This document shows positions 9,017 to 18,581 of a stretch of 64,000 bases of DNA, in pieces. Each line of letters starts with the position of its first letter. Position 1 is the stretch's first letter. The DNA comes from Acidimicrobiia bacterium (GTDB lineage Bacteria; Actinomycetota; Acidimicrobiia; Spongiisociales; UBA11373). Position numbers and translations under genes: made by a program. The stretch spans positions 43,946 to 107,945 of the forward strand of contig JBBDWO010000028.1 in assembly GCA_040902765.1 (NCBI GenBank), given 5' to 3'. The notes below the pieces were generated by a model. The model was not told the DNA's origin and did not search any database. It saw only the letters and a program-made list of their open reading frames with translations.

Positions 9017-9568
9017 TCACGCCGCCAATAGGTCTGGTCCGGATTTGGTCCGCGAGAGATCAGAAAACACCCCCAGAGGACGCAAGTGGTTCATAGCGAA
9101 AACCCCAGTGATCATGGGGGAATGTCGCAAGACCACCCAGTTCTCAGGATCGCCGCAGCTGATTTGTAATGTTCGTTCAGCCTCCGGTGCCCTTGTGACG
9201 ACAAATCCGCTTGCGCCGAGAGGAGAGGCGGGAGCGGGTCGGCTCTCGGTACCATGTCGATTGAAGCGTCGAGAGCTGTGGCTTTCGAGGAACGTCACTA
9301 CGAGCGTGTGGAAGACGCTGGGCCGTAGCTCTCGGGCATGGATCACGGCGATGCCGGGGTGGGTTCCCGGCGAGTAGCGCCCGACGTCTGCGAGGCCTCG
9401 ATCGAGGGTCACGAGCATCCGGTCGTCGGAAGCGGCTAAGAGGGCCAGTCGGGCGTCGGGGACACCGACCAGGCTCTCCTCAGGCACCGTGCTCACATCG
9501 TGTCCGCGCTCCCGGAGCAGCTCGACAGCCCGGGTCGGGATGTTCTCGTCGGCTTTGAGCTTCACCAA
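9017..9568 (-). CDS. DUF5615 (PIN-like, Mut7-C) protein with anomalous C-terminal extension
   Basis: N-terminus (TTG start) VKLKADENIPTRAVELLRERGHDV matches the DUF5615 family from memory; the ORF runs about 75 aa past the usual domain end. Confidence 0.55.
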   Translation of the reverse strand: MVKLKADENIPTRAVELLRERGHDVSTVPEESLVGVPDARLALLAASDDRMLVTLDRGLADVGRYSPGTHPGIAVIHARELRPSVFHTLVVTFLESHSSRRFNRHGTESRPAPASPLGASGFVVTRAPEAERTLQISCGDPENWVVLRHSPMITGVFAMNHLRPLGVFSDLSRTKSGPDLLAA

Positions 9569-9599
9569 AGGGGGAGCGGGAGCACGTCCTCACTGGCGA

Positions 9600-9795
9600 G
9601 TGCTGCAAGGTGGCCGCCGCCCGGATGCCCTCGACCGTCAACGTCGGATACTCGTCGAGGATCTCTGCCTCGGTTATCCCCCTCAGCCAGGCACCCGAGC
9701 ACGAGGCTCACAGGGATTCGCGTACCCCGGATGGGCGCTTGGCCGTGCAGTACCTCCGGGTCGACGGCGATGAGCTCCAGCTCCTGATCGGTCAC
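9600..9795 (-). pseudogene. DUF433 (antitoxin-like partner of DUF5615), disrupted by +1 frameshift in a G5 run
   Basis: Frame A gives IAVDPEVLHGQAPIRGTRIPVSLVLGCLAEG; a different frame gives ITEAEILDEYPTLTVEGIRAAAT (canonical DUF433 C-terminus); the frames switch at the minus-strand GGGGG run at 9678-9682. Confidence 0.5.
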
Positions 9796-9985
9796 TTGGA
9801 GGAGCGCAAAGGCTTGCCCGCTCGATTCGGCTCCTCGGGACGGTCCCGCAAGGGCGGAGGTGTCCGCGAGGTGTCCGCGAGACAACCGAAAACGAGGGAA
9901 TCTGACCACAAGCTCCGAACACTGAAATCCCTTACAGCACAAGGGATTTCTCGAAATCCTCCAGGTCGGCGAAACCCCCTGATTG

Positions 9986-10033
9986 TGCATGGCATGCAAG
10001 AGGTCAGGGGTTCAAATCCCCTCAGCTCCACTT
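9986..10033 (+). repeat. 48-bp direct repeat of the tRNA-Ala 3' end (attR-like); partner at 5986-6023
   Basis: TGCATGGCATGCAAGAGGTCAGGGGTTCAAATCCCCTCAGCTCCACTT is identical at both sites. Confidence 0.8.
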
Positions 10034-10154
10034 CGTCTGACCTTTCACAGCGTTCGCTGCCTTCCCGGCATCGAACGCTGTCTCGGTTCGTCGCCGTGTC
10101 GGGTGCTAGGTCAGCACCCGCTCCAATCCAGCCAGTCGGGGCTCGTATCGGGCC

Positions 10155-12794
10155 TTACCGTTCCACCTCGCCCACGAAGTTGCTGTACATGCCCATGCCG
10201 CAGTTGACCATGTACAGGACGGTGCCTTGTGGGTCCATCGCCATGGCGTAGGTGTAAAGGTGGGCTCGCCACGCCACCAGGCCCTTCGTGGCTAGCTCCC
10301 AGCTCTGACCACCATCGGGCGAGTGCCAGATACTCTCACTGTGCTCGGTGAAATAGACGTGCTCCGGCCGGGTGGGATCGATGATTAGATTCTCGATCCA
10401 GACGTCGCGGCGGAGGCGCCGCCAGCTTTCACCGCCGTCGTCGCTGCGGTACAGGCCGTCGGTCTCGTCCCAGTCGCCCCTCCCGTAGAACGACAAGGTG
10501 CCGGCGTAGACGACGTTCGGATCGGTCGGATGGGCAGCGACCACATACACGTACGGGTTGTCCAGAGGCGCGCTCGCCGCCCAGCTCAGACCGCCGTCGA
10601 CTGATCGGTACACGCCGTGGCCCATCACTGCGAGGTAGATGACGCGCGGATCGGCCGCGCTCAGCGAGATTGACGGGATCGGCGCGTCGGGAAGGCCGTC
10701 TACGTGTAGCCACGACGCTCCGCCATCCGTCGAGCGGTACAGACCGGTGCCGTGGTAGACGTAGTAAAATCTGCTGCTGCCGGTCCCCGCATACATGCGA
10801 TCCGGGTCATCCGGGTCAATGGCAAGGCTGATGATCTGCCGGTCGTCCATTCCGACGCTCGAGAGTTCCCAGCTCTGGCCAGCATCGGTCGACCGGTACA
10901 CACCGGTGAGGTTCGAAACGAAGACCGTGTCGGGCCTGTCCGGTCGGATGGCGATGTCCGTGATCTCATCCGGCGAGCCACCGACGCCGAGGCGCGTCAG
11001 CACGCTCCACGTATCCCCACCATCAGTCGTGCTGGATACATAGCCGTGACCGTGCCCTACGTACACGATCTCGGGGTCGCCGGGGTGAACCGCCACCGCC
11101 GTGGAGAGATCACCCACGAAATGCATGTGGGGCTGTGCCCAGGACCTACCCCCGTCGGTCGAGATGAGGATGCCCTCACCTCGCAGGCCGGCGTAGATCC
11201 GGTCCGGGTCCTCAGGGTCGATGGCCAGAGCATCCACCGAGCCAGGAAGGTCGCTGATTTCCTCCCAGTGGGCGCCGCCGTCGCGGGTACGCTGGATGCT
11301 GCCAAAGCTCGACGCGTACAGAACCAGCCGGTCGGCGGGTGACATGACCACGCCCTCCACCCCGTCTAGGATGGGTCCCCAGTTGCGCCCTCCGTCCGTG
11401 GTCTTGAAGAGCGGCCCGCCCCAGTAATGCTCGCGGGCGTACACGACCAGAGGGTCGACAGGGTCGACGATCAGCACCTTGATCAGCACGTCACCCAGGC
11501 CCCCGCTGGCCTCGGCCCAGGTCGCGCCGGCATCGTCACTGCGCCAGACACCCCCGGCACCGCCGGCGTACACGACGTGCGGCTGACTGGCAGCGATGCG
11601 CACCGCGAAGACCGAGCGATTGCCCAGGCTGAGCTGCTCCCAGGTGGCACCGTCATCGATGGTCAGGTAGACACCGTCCTCGGCGTTGGAGTGTTGCGGC
11701 GCCTCTGATGACCCGATGGCGACGTACGCGGTGTGCGAGTCCTGCGGGTGGACGGCGAAGGCGTTCACATGCCCGGACCCACCCGGCCGCATCGCCGACC
11801 AGTGCTCACCGCCGTCGCTGCTGCGCGAGCCACCTCCATCCTCGAGGTGGCCGAGATAGAGCACCCGACCATCAGAGGGAGCGATCTCGACCCAGGAGAC
11901 CTTGTTCTTGATGAGCCCACCGGCGTGACCGAGCTGCTCCCAGTTGACGCCCCGATCCCGCGAGACGTAGAGGCCGGAGTGGCCGGTCCCCGCGTAGACG
12001 TTGGACGGGTCGGTCGGATCCACCACGATCGTCGTGACCATCGCGCCCTCCGGCCCGTTGGTCCTGGTCCAGGTCTGCTCCGGGTGGAGCAGCGCCGTGA
12101 CCTCGACGTCGTCGAACAAGGCTTGTCCGCCTTCCGGTAGGTCCAGGCCGATCGAGCCCTCCAGGCGGGCGTCGGGGGCAGGGTCGCTGTGCTCTATCAG
12201 GGTCTGCCCGTCGACGGTCACGGTGAGCCGCGGCCCCTTTCCCGTCACCTCCAAGACGCGCCAGTCCGCCGACCGGGCTAGCGGCGCGCTGGCCAGCACC
12301 TCGGCAGAGCGTCCGTCGGGCGAAGCCTCGAGGCGCCGGAGCTGTAGCTGGTCGCCGGTGAGCGCCACCTCATAGGCGCGTACCTCGTGACCGTCAGCGT
12401 AACCAAACCAGTGGGCGCGATAGTGAATGCGAGCCTCACCGGCCAGGAGCAGCACACGGAGTCGCAGCGTGGAGTCTCGCCAGTAGTCGCCGAAGCGATA
12501 GCGGGCCCGCCCTGGTCCCCCGGCGGACAGGGAGTCGTTCTCCACCACGAAAGTGGAGGGCAGCACCCAATCGTCGGCCCAACCATCCTCGAAGTCCTCG
12601 AGGTAGTAATCCGGGTCGAGCGCCGCGGACCATGGACCCGACTCCGTCGGCTCGGGTTCGGCGGAACCCCGGGGCGGCGAACTGCTCGACGTCGGTGGCA
12701 GCGGATCCGACCCCGGCGTGTCCGGCGGCGGTGCCTCGACACAGGCAGCAGCGACCAAGCCGACCGTGACCAATACCCTCAGGGCGCACCGCAT
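10155..12794 (-). CDS. Secreted multi-BNR/Asp-box repeat protein with N-terminal LamG/DUF1080-like jelly-roll
   Basis: Lipobox-type signal MRCALRVLVTVGLVAAAC; at least 10 S-x-D-x-G-x-[ST]-W repeats (STDGGRSW, TDGGRNW, SDDAGATW and others); sortilin/Ycf48/GH74-like architecture. Confidence 0.75.
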   Translation of the reverse strand: MRCALRVLVTVGLVAAACVEAPPPDTPGSDPLPPTSSSSPPRGSAEPEPTESGPWSAALDPDYYLEDFEDGWADDWVLPSTFVVENDSLSAGGPGRARYRFGDYWRDSTLRLRVLLLAGEARIHYRAHWFGYADGHEVRAYEVALTGDQLQLRRLEASPDGRSAEVLASAPLARSADWRVLEVTGKGPRLTVTVDGQTLIEHSDPAPDARLEGSIGLDLPEGGQALFDDVEVTALLHPEQTWTRTNGPEGAMVTTIVVDPTDPSNVYAGTGHSGLYVSRDRGVNWEQLGHAGGLIKNKVSWVEIAPSDGRVLYLGHLEDGGGSRSSDGGEHWSAMRPGGSGHVNAFAVHPQDSHTAYVAIGSSEAPQHSNAEDGVYLTIDDGATWEQLSLGNRSVFAVRIAASQPHVVYAGGAGGVWRSDDAGATWAEASGGLGDVLIKVLIVDPVDPLVVYAREHYWGGPLFKTTDGGRNWGPILDGVEGVVMSPADRLVLYASSFGSIQRTRDGGAHWEEISDLPGSVDALAIDPEDPDRIYAGLRGEGILISTDGGRSWAQPHMHFVGDLSTAVAVHPGDPEIVYVGHGHGYVSSTTDGGDTWSVLTRLGVGGSPDEITDIAIRPDRPDTVFVSNLTGVYRSTDAGQSWELSSVGMDDRQIISLAIDPDDPDRMYAGTGSSRFYYVYHGTGLYRSTDGGASWLHVDGLPDAPIPSISLSAADPRVIYLAVMGHGVYRSVDGGLSWAASAPLDNPYVYVVAAHPTDPNVVYAGTLSFYGRGDWDETDGLYRSDDGGESWRRLRRDVWIENLIIDPTRPEHVYFTEHSESIWHSPDGGQSWELATKGLVAWRAHLYTYAMAMDPQGTVLYMVNCGMGMYSNFVGEVER

Positions 12795-12940
12795 CAGCCG
12801 ACCCGTCGCCTCAGGTGGGCGAGGCGGACCGTGAATCCCGGTCATGACACGACCCTACACCCCTGCCCTCGAGCCAGCAGTAGAGGGGTGGTTCGAGCCT
12901 CTTTGAGCTGGCCGGTCGCAACGCCTCGGCCGCCCGTCAC

Positions 12941-13684
12941 ATGCAGGTGTTGCAGCTTGCGCGCGGTGCAATGATGGGCGGCGCGCCCGCCCCGTCACCG
13001 CCGAGCGGGTTCGCCGGAACGCTCTGGAGCGGGATCGCCGCGCCGTTGGAGCGGCCGCCCCTGGTGATTGCGCCGCCCGCCATCCCGGAGCAAACAGGGC
13101 CGCCGGACTGCGTGGTCACCTCGACGGCGCACTCCGGTGCCGGGTCGCTGCGCCAGTGCCTCGTCGGCGCGGGATCCGGGGATGCCGTGGGCTTCGACCC
13201 GGCCCTGTTCTCGCGTAACCAACCCGGGATGATCCGCCTCCAGGGCGCGCTGCCGCTCGACAGCGGCGTCACCGTCGACGGCGCAGGCGGCGTCGTCCTC
13301 GACGGTGGCGGGACCGCTGGCACGAGCTTCACGTTCGTCACAGACGGCGGAACGACGGGGGTGACCATCCGTGGGCTACAGATCCGAGGATTCCAGATGG
13401 GCCTCTTCGTCAGCGGGGGCGGCGGCCACACGATCGAGGGCAACGTGATCGGCGGCAACGTCTTCGATCTCACGCTGGCCGTGACAAGCGGTAACCGTGT
13501 CGCTGGGAACTACGTCGGCCTCGATGCGACGGGGACGAAGCTCGCCTACGACCCCGGCTCGCCGCAGCCCCTGTCGAACACGAGCTCTGGTCGGTCGTCC
13601 GATCTCTCGAGCTGTACCACCCGAAGGATGGATGTGTTCCGGCCGCAGATGGGCGACGCGACACGCGGCGACAGCGTTCTGTAG
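12941..13684 (+). CDS. Right-handed parallel beta-helix repeat protein fragment (CSLREA-like N-terminus); probably truncated or pseudogene
   Basis: GSLRQCL motif and repeated G-N-x-I/V-G-G-N beta-helix rungs; no signal peptide; low-complexity nonsensical tail. Confidence 0.4.
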   Translation: MQVLQLARGAMMGGAPAPSPPSGFAGTLWSGIAAPLERPPLVIAPPAIPEQTGPPDCVVTSTAHSGAGSLRQCLVGAGSGDAVGFDPALFSRNQPGMIRLQGALPLDSGVTVDGAGGVVLDGGGTAGTSFTFVTDGGTTGVTIRGLQIRGFQMGLFVSGGGGHTIEGNVIGGNVFDLTLAVTSGNRVAGNYVGLDATGTKLAYDPGSPQPLSNTSSGRSSDLSSCTTRRMDVFRPQMGDATRGDSVL

Positions 13685-13701
13685 GTTGGGTCTCACCGGA
13701 G

Positions 13702-14973
13702 GTGGATGTGAGACCGACCACGCCAACCGGGCGGTTATGGGGAGTCGCTGTCGCTCTCGGACTCATCGCCGCCTGCGGCGGGCCCGGTTCCGCCGAGGAC
13801 ACCACGACCACCTCCTCCTCTGCCACTACCAGCACGACCTCGACCACCACCACGACGACGACTACGACGCTGCCGCCGACGACGACGACCACGCTCCCGC
13901 CGGTGATCCCGGTGGTGGGGTGGGACATCGAAGGTGTCCGGACGGTCTCGGTGGAGATCGAGTTCAACTATCCGGAGCATTCCGCGGAGCTCCACAGCGT
14001 TGTGGACCGGGCGCTGCGACAGATCGGACTGACCCCCGGCCGAGATGCTGACGCCGAACTCAGCTTCGACCTCGAGGGGACGGGGATATCGGCTCAGTAC
14101 ACCAACGTGGGCCGTTGCTACACCGGGGCCCGGCTGCGCGGCACCGCCCACCTGACCGCCGGAGGGTTGCCCGACCTGCGAGCGTCGATCGATGGCAACA
14201 TGCCCACCCCCGGCCTCATCTATGAGCACGAGTGCGGGAGCGATGCCGTGGACGCGCCGTTCGACGACGCCTTCGACGTGGCTTTGATCGGCGCCATGAC
14301 GGCGTTGTTCGGCCCGGCCTCGGTGCCCCACCTTTCCGAGGTGGTGAGTCGGTTCTATGATGGCGACCCCAGCCGGACGGCGATAGAGGCCTATCGGCGC
14401 CTGGACTACGACGCTATCCCGATCTTCCGCCAGTACGAGTTCCTCGACGCGGTGCTGGGGTCCCTCGTCGGCGCGGTCCAGTATCCGACCTCGGACGCCT
14501 ACATCCGTGTCGCCCGGAGTGTCCTCCTCGACTATTCCCCCACGGACTTCGGGTTCTCCGATGCACAGGACCTCGAGGCGTGGGGTAGCTGGCTGGTGGG
14601 CTGGGCGGCGGAGCAAGCCACCTCGACCGATGCCACGAACGTACGCGGCCTGCGGGTCGGTGACTGCCTGAACGACAGGCCGTTTTCGAAAACTTCGGTG
14701 GTCAAGGTTTCGTGCGCCGATCCACACGACCGCGAGGTCTACTTCGCCTTCGACCTGGCCGACGGGCCCTACCCCGGAGAGTTCGCTCTGGAGGAAGCCG
14801 CCTGGGGCCGTTGTTTGGATGTCTTTGACCTGCTGTTCGGCTCAGGTTCGGAACTGTGGGTGGGTCTATTGACGCCGACGGAGGCGACCTGGGCTCTGGG
14901 CGACCGCACGGTTCACTGCGCAGTTGGCGGTGACGAGCGGACTGTTGGCTCCGTCCTCAGTGGTGACGATTGA
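13702..14973 (+). CDS. Lipoprotein with poly-Thr/Ser linker and Cys-containing C-terminal domain (septum-formation-like?)
   Basis: Lipobox LIAACG; run of about 35 Thr/Ser residues; C-terminal VGDCL...VSCADPH...C...C pattern resembles Pfam Septum_form, from memory. Confidence 0.55.
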   Translation: MDVRPTTPTGRLWGVAVALGLIAACGGPGSAEDTTTTSSSATTSTTSTTTTTTTTTLPPTTTTTLPPVIPVVGWDIEGVRTVSVEIEFNYPEHSAELHSVVDRALRQIGLTPGRDADAELSFDLEGTGISAQYTNVGRCYTGARLRGTAHLTAGGLPDLRASIDGNMPTPGLIYEHECGSDAVDAPFDDAFDVALIGAMTALFGPASVPHLSEVVSRFYDGDPSRTAIEAYRRLDYDAIPIFRQYEFLDAVLGSLVGAVQYPTSDAYIRVARSVLLDYSPTDFGFSDAQDLEAWGSWLVGWAAEQATSTDATNVRGLRVGDCLNDRPFSKTSVVKVSCADPHDREVYFAFDLADGPYPGEFALEEAAWGRCLDVFDLLFGSGSELWVGLLTPTEATWALGDRTVHCAVGGDERTVGSVLSGDD

Positions 14974-15068
14974 CCGTCGAGGCACGCGGGCCCTCCCGCC
15001 GGGCGCTGGTGTCGCGCCCGGCGTGACGACCGAGCGTGCCGCACTCCCTCGGTCCGTAATATGAGGGA

Positions 15069-16628
15069 GTGATGGGAGCTCGGGGGCCAGACGAATCCGG
15101 CTATGTGCTGCGAGATGGTGTCCGCATTTACTGGGAGACCTACGGGCGTGGTCCGGCAACGATCCTCATGCTCCCGACGTGGTCGGTCCTCGACTCGGCG
15201 CACGGCCGTTTTCAGTTGATCGATCTGTCGCGCCACTATCGGGTGGTCACCTTCGACCCACGCGGTAACGGCCGTTCCGATCGGCCCACCGGCGGCTCCG
15301 CGTATGCGGGCGGGGAGTTCGTCGCCGACGCGGTGGCGGTGCTGGACGCTACGGGGACCGACCGGGCGGTGATCGTCGCCTGTTCGCTCGCCACCAACTG
15401 GCTGCTGCGCCTCGCCGCCGACCATCCGGACCGGGTGCTGGGGGCTGTAGCCAGCGGCACCGGCCTGCCCTTGGCGCCGGGTCACGATCCCCCTGAGTTG
15501 GGCCCCTTTCTGGAGCCGTACCAGTCCACCCAGGGCTGGGCGAAGTTCAACGCCGACTACTGGCGAACGGACTACGAAGACTTCCTCCGATTCTTTTTCT
15601 CGCAGGTGTGGACCGAAGCGCACTCGGAGGGGATCATCGATGCGTGCGTGGCCAACGGTCTGCAGACGACGCCGGAGACGCTGATCGATACCATCGGCGC
15701 CAACCCGATGACCGACGCGGAGGCGATCGACCTCATCCGTCGCACGCGTTGCCCGTGGTTGGTGGTCCATGGTGACGGGGACGCGCTGCAGCCGCACGCG
15801 CGCGGTCAGCGCCTGGCGGCGGAGGCCAACGCCAGCCTGGTGACGCTGGCCGGCGCTGGCCACTGCTCTGCGAACCGGGACCCGGTCCGCTTCAACCTGC
15901 TGATCCGCGAGTTCACCGACGAGATCCTGCCATGGCGCTCCCGGCGGCGGATCTGGACACGAGCTCCCCACCGGCAGCGCAGGGTGCTGTTCGTGCCGGG
16001 CGGGCCCGACGCGGCTGGTCGCGACCTGCTGATCGCGCACGCTCTGCGCTCCCGTCGACCTGATGTCCGCATCGACTGGCTGGCCGCCGAGCCGGCACGG
16101 ACGGTGCTGACCGACCACGGCGAAGCAGTCCTTCCGGCCAGCGCCAACCTGCCTGACCCGGCGGACCGTGGCACGGACGCGTTCCGTGCGTGGCGCGAGA
16201 ACGACGAGGATCACTTCCTGAGCTTCATGATCCTCAACGATCTGGCCGACGAGGAGCCGCTCGACCTCGTGGTTGCGGACGGCGCCTGGGGGATCGACCA
16301 TCATCTCCACGAGAACCCCGAGCTCAAGCGCTTCGCCTATGGGTGGCTGACGGACAGCGTCGGCTGGGTGCCCGAACCAGAGGCCGACGGGCGGCGGCGC
16401 TACCTGATGACCGATGCCAACGTCGAGATGCTCGAGCAGGTGGAGCGCTACCCGCGTATCCGCGACCGCGCCTTGTTCATTGGCACGCCCGAAGATATAC
16501 CGCCTGTGACGTTCGGCGCCGATCTGCCGGAAATCCGGACATGGGCGGCAGAACGCTTCACGTTTACCGGACCGGTCGCTGACGGCGGGGCCGAGCGCGC
16601 CGCCGTCCGCCTGGCAGAGCTTCTGTAG
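15069..16628 (+). CDS. Alpha/beta-hydrolase fused to a C-terminal GT-B-like half-domain
   Basis: N-terminus has the ABH fold (HGRFQLIDLS...FDPRGNGRSD, nucleophile region VACSLATNW); C-terminus begins RVLFVPGGPDAAGRDLLIAHAL like a GT1 N-terminal domain. Confidence 0.6.
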   Translation: MMGARGPDESGYVLRDGVRIYWETYGRGPATILMLPTWSVLDSAHGRFQLIDLSRHYRVVTFDPRGNGRSDRPTGGSAYAGGEFVADAVAVLDATGTDRAVIVACSLATNWLLRLAADHPDRVLGAVASGTGLPLAPGHDPPELGPFLEPYQSTQGWAKFNADYWRTDYEDFLRFFFSQVWTEAHSEGIIDACVANGLQTTPETLIDTIGANPMTDAEAIDLIRRTRCPWLVVHGDGDALQPHARGQRLAAEANASLVTLAGAGHCSANRDPVRFNLLIREFTDEILPWRSRRRIWTRAPHRQRRVLFVPGGPDAAGRDLLIAHALRSRRPDVRIDWLAAEPARTVLTDHGEAVLPASANLPDPADRGTDAFRAWRENDEDHFLSFMILNDLADEEPLDLVVADGAWGIDHHLHENPELKRFAYGWLTDSVGWVPEPEADGRRRYLMTDANVEMLEQVERYPRIRDRALFIGTPEDIPPVTFGADLPEIRTWAAERFTFTGPVADGGAERAAVRLAELL

Positions 16629-16660
16629 CCCTACGCGGTTCCCGGGTACCCCTGATCTGG

Positions 16661-17512
16661 CTACGACGGGATCTGTTCGTGGCGCGCTCGGCGGGGGCGG
16701 CGCTGGATCAGCGTCTTGCCGGTGAGCACGGCGAAGAAGAACACGATCGGCATCAGGGCCATCGTCGCCGAGGCCGCGGTGTCCAGGTGGTAGGAGATGA
16801 TGAGACCGGACACCACCGAAACCAGGCCGATGATGGCCGCCGTCGCCATCATCGCCGGAACGCGCCTCACCAATAGCGCTGCCGTCGCCGGGGGCCCCAC
16901 GATCAAGCCGAGGACGAGGAGGGTGCCGACCGCCCGAAACGAGGTGACGATCACCAGGGTGATCAGTCCGAGCAGGACGAAGTGGGCGAGTCCGGGGCGC
17001 AGTCCGAAGAGGCGCGCCTTGGCCTCGTTGAACGAGAGGACGAGGAAGGGCCGATAGAACGCGATCGATGCGGCGAGGACGACACCGACGGTGATCGCCA
17101 GGAGCCGGATGTCACCATCGGACACCCCGAGGGCGTCGCCGAACAGGATCGCCGTCAGGCTTCCCCGATACGACGCCGACCTCGAGATGATGATCACCCC
17201 CAACGCCAGCATCCCGACGAACAGCAGGCCGATGCTGGTGTCCTCCGAGAACGTCGTCTGGCGGTGCACCAGATTGATACCGGCGATCATGACCACGGCG
17301 GCACCGATGGCCCCGAGCGTGGGGTCGAACCCCAAGAGGACGGCGAGGGCGATCCCCGGGATCACGCCGTGTACCAGGGCGTCGCCGAGAAACGTCATGC
17401 CCCGGATCACCACCCAGGTGCCCACCAGGGCAGAGCCTACGGCCGCGAGGATGCCGCCAAGCAGCGCCTTCTGCTGCAGGGCGAGGCGGAACGGGTCGGT
17501 CAGCCAGTCCAT
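16661..17512 (-). CDS. Metal (Zn/Mn) ABC transporter permease, ABC-3 family
   Basis: MDWLTDPFRLALQQKALLGGILAAV is the typical ZnuB/MntB/TroC N-terminus; 8-9 TM helices. Confidence 0.8.
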   Translation of the reverse strand: MDWLTDPFRLALQQKALLGGILAAVGSALVGTWVVIRGMTFLGDALVHGVIPGIALAVLLGFDPTLGAIGAAVVMIAGINLVHRQTTFSEDTSIGLLFVGMLALGVIIISRSASYRGSLTAILFGDALGVSDGDIRLLAITVGVVLAASIAFYRPFLVLSFNEAKARLFGLRPGLAHFVLLGLITLVIVTSFRAVGTLLVLGLIVGPPATAALLVRRVPAMMATAAIIGLVSVVSGLIISYHLDTAASATMALMPIVFFFAVLTGKTLIQRRPRRARHEQIPS

Positions 17513-17549
17513 TCGGCCGTCAGGGTACGCGCCGCCGTAGAAGTTCCGC

Positions 17550-18518
17550 TCACGAAAGGGCCTCCACGATCGTCGTCGCCGCGAACCGGAGGAGTCCGAG
17601 CAGCGTCCCGGTCTCGCTCCCGGGTTCACCAAGGGAATCTGTGGTGAGCGAGATCACGCGAACCTCGTGGGGTACTTCGGCGGCGATGGCTTCGGCGAGG
17701 TCGGTCGTGTCTCCGGCCTCGGTGAAGATGGCAGGAACCCCGGTGCTGGTGATCAGGGCCACCAGCCCGGCGATGTCTGCCGAACTGGGAGCGCCGTGGG
17801 TGTCCCCTCCCGGGATCACCGTTCCCAGCACGAGAAAGCCGTAGCGATCGGAGAAGTATCCGAGCGAGTGGTGGTTGGTCACCAGAAGCCGACGATCTGC
17901 CGGCACCGCAGCGACTATGTCCCGAATCTCCTGGTCGAGGGTCAGGAACTCGGCGGCCGCGTCGGAGGCACGGGCCTCCCAGCCACCCGACGGGACGAAA
18001 CCCTCGAGAGGCAGGGCGATGATCATGAGCGCATCGGCGACGCGCACCGGGTCCATCCACATGTGAGGGTCCAGCTCGTCGTGATCGGGGTCGTGGCTGT
18101 CGTCCTCTTCCTCTTGATCGGGCTCATGGCCCTCCACTTCATCGCTCGGCTCGAAGGGGAGTGGGTCCAGCGCCGGGGCCAGCCACACGATGGGGACGCC
18201 CTGGCCCTCTACCGACTCGAGCGCGGCCTCGAGGCCCTCTTCCAGTCCGAGACCGAATGCCACCACCAGATCGGCCTCTTGCAGGATCTCGAGCTGCCGG
18301 GCGGACGGGCTGAAGTCGTGTGGGTCGGCGCCCGGAGGCATGATCGACACGACCTCGCCGGCATCGCCCACCACCATGCGCGCCAGGTCGGCGGCGATGG
18401 TGGTCGTGGCCACCACGCTCACCCGGCCGGCGGGGGCATCCGTCGGCGTGGTGGTGGAGCCGCCACAGGCGCTGGCGATCAGCGCTAGTGACACGGCGAC
18501 TCGCGCGATTGACCTCAT
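17550..18518 (-). CDS. Metal ABC substrate-binding lipoprotein (ZnuA-like, His/Asp/Glu-rich loop)
   Basis: Lipobox LIASACGG; TroA-fold motifs; acidic/His-rich loop HEPDQEEEDDSHDPDHDELDPH typical of zinc-specific ZnuA; start at the ATG with RBS GGGGAG. Confidence 0.8.
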   Translation of the reverse strand: MRSIARVAVSLALIASACGGSTTTPTDAPAGRVSVVATTTIAADLARMVVGDAGEVVSIMPPGADPHDFSPSARQLEILQEADLVVAFGLGLEEGLEAALESVEGQGVPIVWLAPALDPLPFEPSDEVEGHEPDQEEEDDSHDPDHDELDPHMWMDPVRVADALMIIALPLEGFVPSGGWEARASDAAAEFLTLDQEIRDIVAAVPADRRLLVTNHHSLGYFSDRYGFLVLGTVIPGGDTHGAPSSADIAGLVALITSTGVPAIFTEAGDTTDLAEAIAAEVPHEVRVISLTTDSLGEPGSETGTLLGLLRFAATTIVEALS

Positions 18519-18537
18519 CTCATCTCCCCGTCTAGAA

Positions 18538-18552
18538 TGAGAACCAGTATCA
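18538..18552. promoter_or_regulatory. Candidate Zur box (TGAgAAccAgTaTCA) in the divergent znuA / zur-znuC intergenic region
   Basis: One mismatch to the actinobacterial Zur half-palindrome pattern TGAnAAnnATTnTCA (recalled consensus); positioned between divergent promoters. Confidence 0.3.
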
Positions 18553-18581
18553 AGACCAGGTAGGAAGGTAACGCGGGGCGC

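Noticed and set aside
9841-9880. 12-bp tandem duplication GAGGTGTCCGCG x2
   Set aside because: Too short to interpret. It lies in non-coding islet DNA near attR.
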